Shown one piece after another: positions 61,560 to 64,000 of a stretch of 64,000 nucleotides of DNA; position 1 is the stretch's first letter; each line of letters opens with the position of its first letter. Both the position numbers and the translations under genes were made by a program. Location of the stretch: contig NW_025950341.1 in the NCBI RefSeq assembly GCF_021028975.2, positions 1,116,001 to 1,180,000 of the forward strand, read 5' to 3'. This DNA is from Sphaerodactylus townsendi. Taxonomy: Eukaryota. A model generated the notes under the pieces. That model searched no databases. It saw only the letters and a list, made by a program, of their open reading frames with translations, and was not told the origin of the DNA.

Positions 61560-62737
61560 AGTGTATATATAATGCTTACTTATGGTTAAAATAAACCATG
61601 ATTTGCAAATGCAGTTTGAACCACTATTTCATTCTTGTTTGGCCTTGCATCCTTTACATGGCTTAGGTCAAAAGTAGCAACTCCCAACATTTTTGCTGAA
61701 AAGTGGCATATCAGACCATTTTGTCTGGTTTGCTGGGCTGTTTCTCCACTCAAATAACTGAGGTAGGACCTCAGATCTTAGAAGTGCCACTGGGCAGGGA
61801 ACGAAGCTCCCAAGTGTGCCAGCCAAGTACAATCACTTCTTTTCTGTTCCCGTTTGCTTGATGAAATGCCATTATCTTCACAGATTATACATTCTTTTCT
61901 CTGCCACCTGGACCAAAAAGGTTGCCTACCTCCCCCCACTATTTAGGTATTTAGACCAAGCTTAAGAAAGACAAACCATGCTTAGGTAATTTCATAGGAC
62001 TAGTACTACAGCTGTTCTCCTCTCCTTCACACGTTCTTGCTTGAAGGTTCTTGCTTGAAAAAGTCAGCTGTTTCTGCTATTTTCTGAACCTAACCCCAAC
62101 TTCTTGTATTTCCCTTTTAACACCGTTCAAAGGTTTTGCAGTTTTATGAGAAACCTTCCAGTAAAATGGACTGGCCTGAACAAGCCACCCACACTGAGTG
62201 ATTTTTTAAAAGTAATCTACAGGTAAGAAAAGGCTGCATCAACTCTAGCTCAACCATCTGTGAACAAGTCTTAACAAAGAGCTCAATTTTACACAGGTAC
62301 CATTGGAGAGTTTGTTCTAGTCAACAATTCCTGTGTTTTATTTGATACACTGTGACTCAGTGCGTGCTTTCCAGAAATCAATCATCTTAATTATGTTTGG
62401 TTCATAATAATTACTTACAGTTCTGGGCATGATCAACACCCATTTGAATAATAAATACTACAGATCATGTGAACTGTGAAAATGGTTTGTGGCTGGGCTG
62501 AAATACCGCATCCTAACTTTTCAAAGAAAAGTCACTGCCAAATCCAACAAGAAGGAACATAACTAGATTTATTTTTAAAATTTTCAAAATATTCTATGAC
62601 CCTGTTTCTTTTCAAGGAAAGATGTTTAATCTAATAAGGAGGGAAAGAAACATGGGCATTGAATATGCCAGATAGGAAATGCAGGAAAAAGACTGATAGA
62701 AGGAGGTCAGAGTGAAAATTTCAAAATGTCCTATATG

Positions 62738-62871
62738 AAGTGGTGGGATTCAAATAATTTAACAACCGGTTCTGGTGGTGGGATTCAAATAATTTAACAA
62801 CTGGTTGTTTACAAGCACCATTTTAAGAACTACTTCTGCCAATGGTGCAAACCTGCTGAATCCCACCACTG
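62738..62871. mobile_element. hAT MITE (gtggtgggattca TIR family)
   Basis: TIR aagtggtgggattca / tgaatcccaccactg; TSD cctatatg / cctatat(c); internal duplication of gtggtgggattcaaataatttaacaac. Confidence 0.85.
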
Positions 62872-62878
62872 CCTATAT

Positions 62879-63423
62879 CAGTGATGGCGAACCTATGGCA
62901 CGGGTGCCAGAGGTGGCACTCAGAGCCCTCTCTGTGGGCACGCACAAACAGAGTTCATCATGTGGGAATTCGCCCCCCATCACACACTACACATCTTAGG
63001 CTGGCCTCCGGGGTCAGCTGGGCTCTTGATTATTATTACCATTAAACCTAAGACCTAGTTTTGGGGAAGCAGTATGGGTAACCCTGTTAAGCGCTGTTAA
63101 ACCCCACTGATTTTCATGCAAAGAACTAAAGTGCAATCCGTTACCTGGGAGTAAGCTTGGTTGCTGGCAATGTGGCTTGCTTCTGAGTAAACCCTCCTAG
63201 GGTCGTGATTCACCCATTGAAAGAGTTGCACGGTTGCTTCAAAGCAAAGCCACCGACTACCACCAAGCTTACTCCTGAGTAATGCACGCCTCAGACCCAA
63301 CCATTTTTTCTAAACTAAAACCTCAGAATTCAGGTTGAATTGCCGTGTTGGCACTTGGCGATAAATAAGTGGGTTTTGGGTTGCAATTTGGGCACTCGGT
63401 CTCAAAAAGGTTTGCCATCACTG
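62879..63423 (+). mobile_element. Non-autonomous hAT (Buster-type), longest copy of the 10657/45161 family
   Basis: TIR cagtgatggcgaacc / ggtttgccatcactg; perfect TSD gcctatat. Confidence 0.93.
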
Positions 63424-64000
63424 GCCTATATCTATATACAAACGTATATCTGTTATAATTTGTGGAAAACAAACACACAAAAAGACAGAATGGTGATATA
63501 TACAATGAATAGAGAAGGATTCATTTCCTAGGATCCCGTCAGAATCCAAAGTTTTAGTTTTAGTTTTGCTATCTGCAGGTCAGGCTTTTGTAAATATGTG
63601 CACACCACAAAAATGTGAGAAAAAAATAGATGAGGAACAATCCTTATCCATTCCTAGTAATTTCATATTGTGACAACTCTTACAATTCAGTGCTAGCCAA
63701 CATTATCAGTGTGTTGGTGCTAGATTACACAGTGATACATGAACATCATTCTGATCCATCCATAGGGCCTTTGCTAGAAGTTGAAAGGATTTGCAACACA
63801 GCTAGGGCCAAACTAGATGTGACAGCATCCACAGGTCTGCCACATGGACTCTGATGCCATTTTAAACCAATTTAGAAATGTGGCAAGAGACCAATCAAGT
63901 GCCAACGCAGCCATTGGGGGGTGGGGAGGAGGAGGTATTTTGGCACTTGAAAAGGAACAGTGGGACATGACTACCTCAGCCCTCCACATGTGGCATTTCC

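Noticed and set aside
57126-64000. Next upstream PLA2G4A exon (…PLPLFTCLHVKPDVSELMFA)
   Set aside because: No matching sequence found on the minus strand; it presumably lies beyond the window.

Overview
Vertebrate nuclear DNA, AT-rich, with one 132-N assembly gap. The SINE, MITE and LINE content points to a squamate reptile, probably a gecko (inference). The only host gene is the 3' part of PLA2G4A (cytosolic phospholipase A2 alpha) on the minus strand: eight coding exons at 57125-32530, equivalent to human exons ~11-18. All have canonical AG/GT ends and splice into one open frame of 1211 nt ending at TAG 32530; one 69-nt exon is missed by the ORF track. The rest is intron and downstream intergenic DNA dense in transposons: decayed RTE-X, CR1, L1 and L2 LINEs, a Ty1/copia relic abutting a class I ERV remnant, Penelope ends with hammerhead-ribozyme-like cores, tRNA- and 5S-derived SINEs, and hAT, PIF/Harbinger and Tc1/mariner MITEs with readable TSDs. 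The most unusual item is a 4.26-kb non-autonomous hAT unit (23197-27453, perfect 8-bp TSD) carrying unexplained cargo. It belongs to a set of hAT elements that appear to exchange ends and internal modules. I cannot establish a new biological system from sequence alone; the findings are testable leads. Human residue numbers and exon sizes are from recall.
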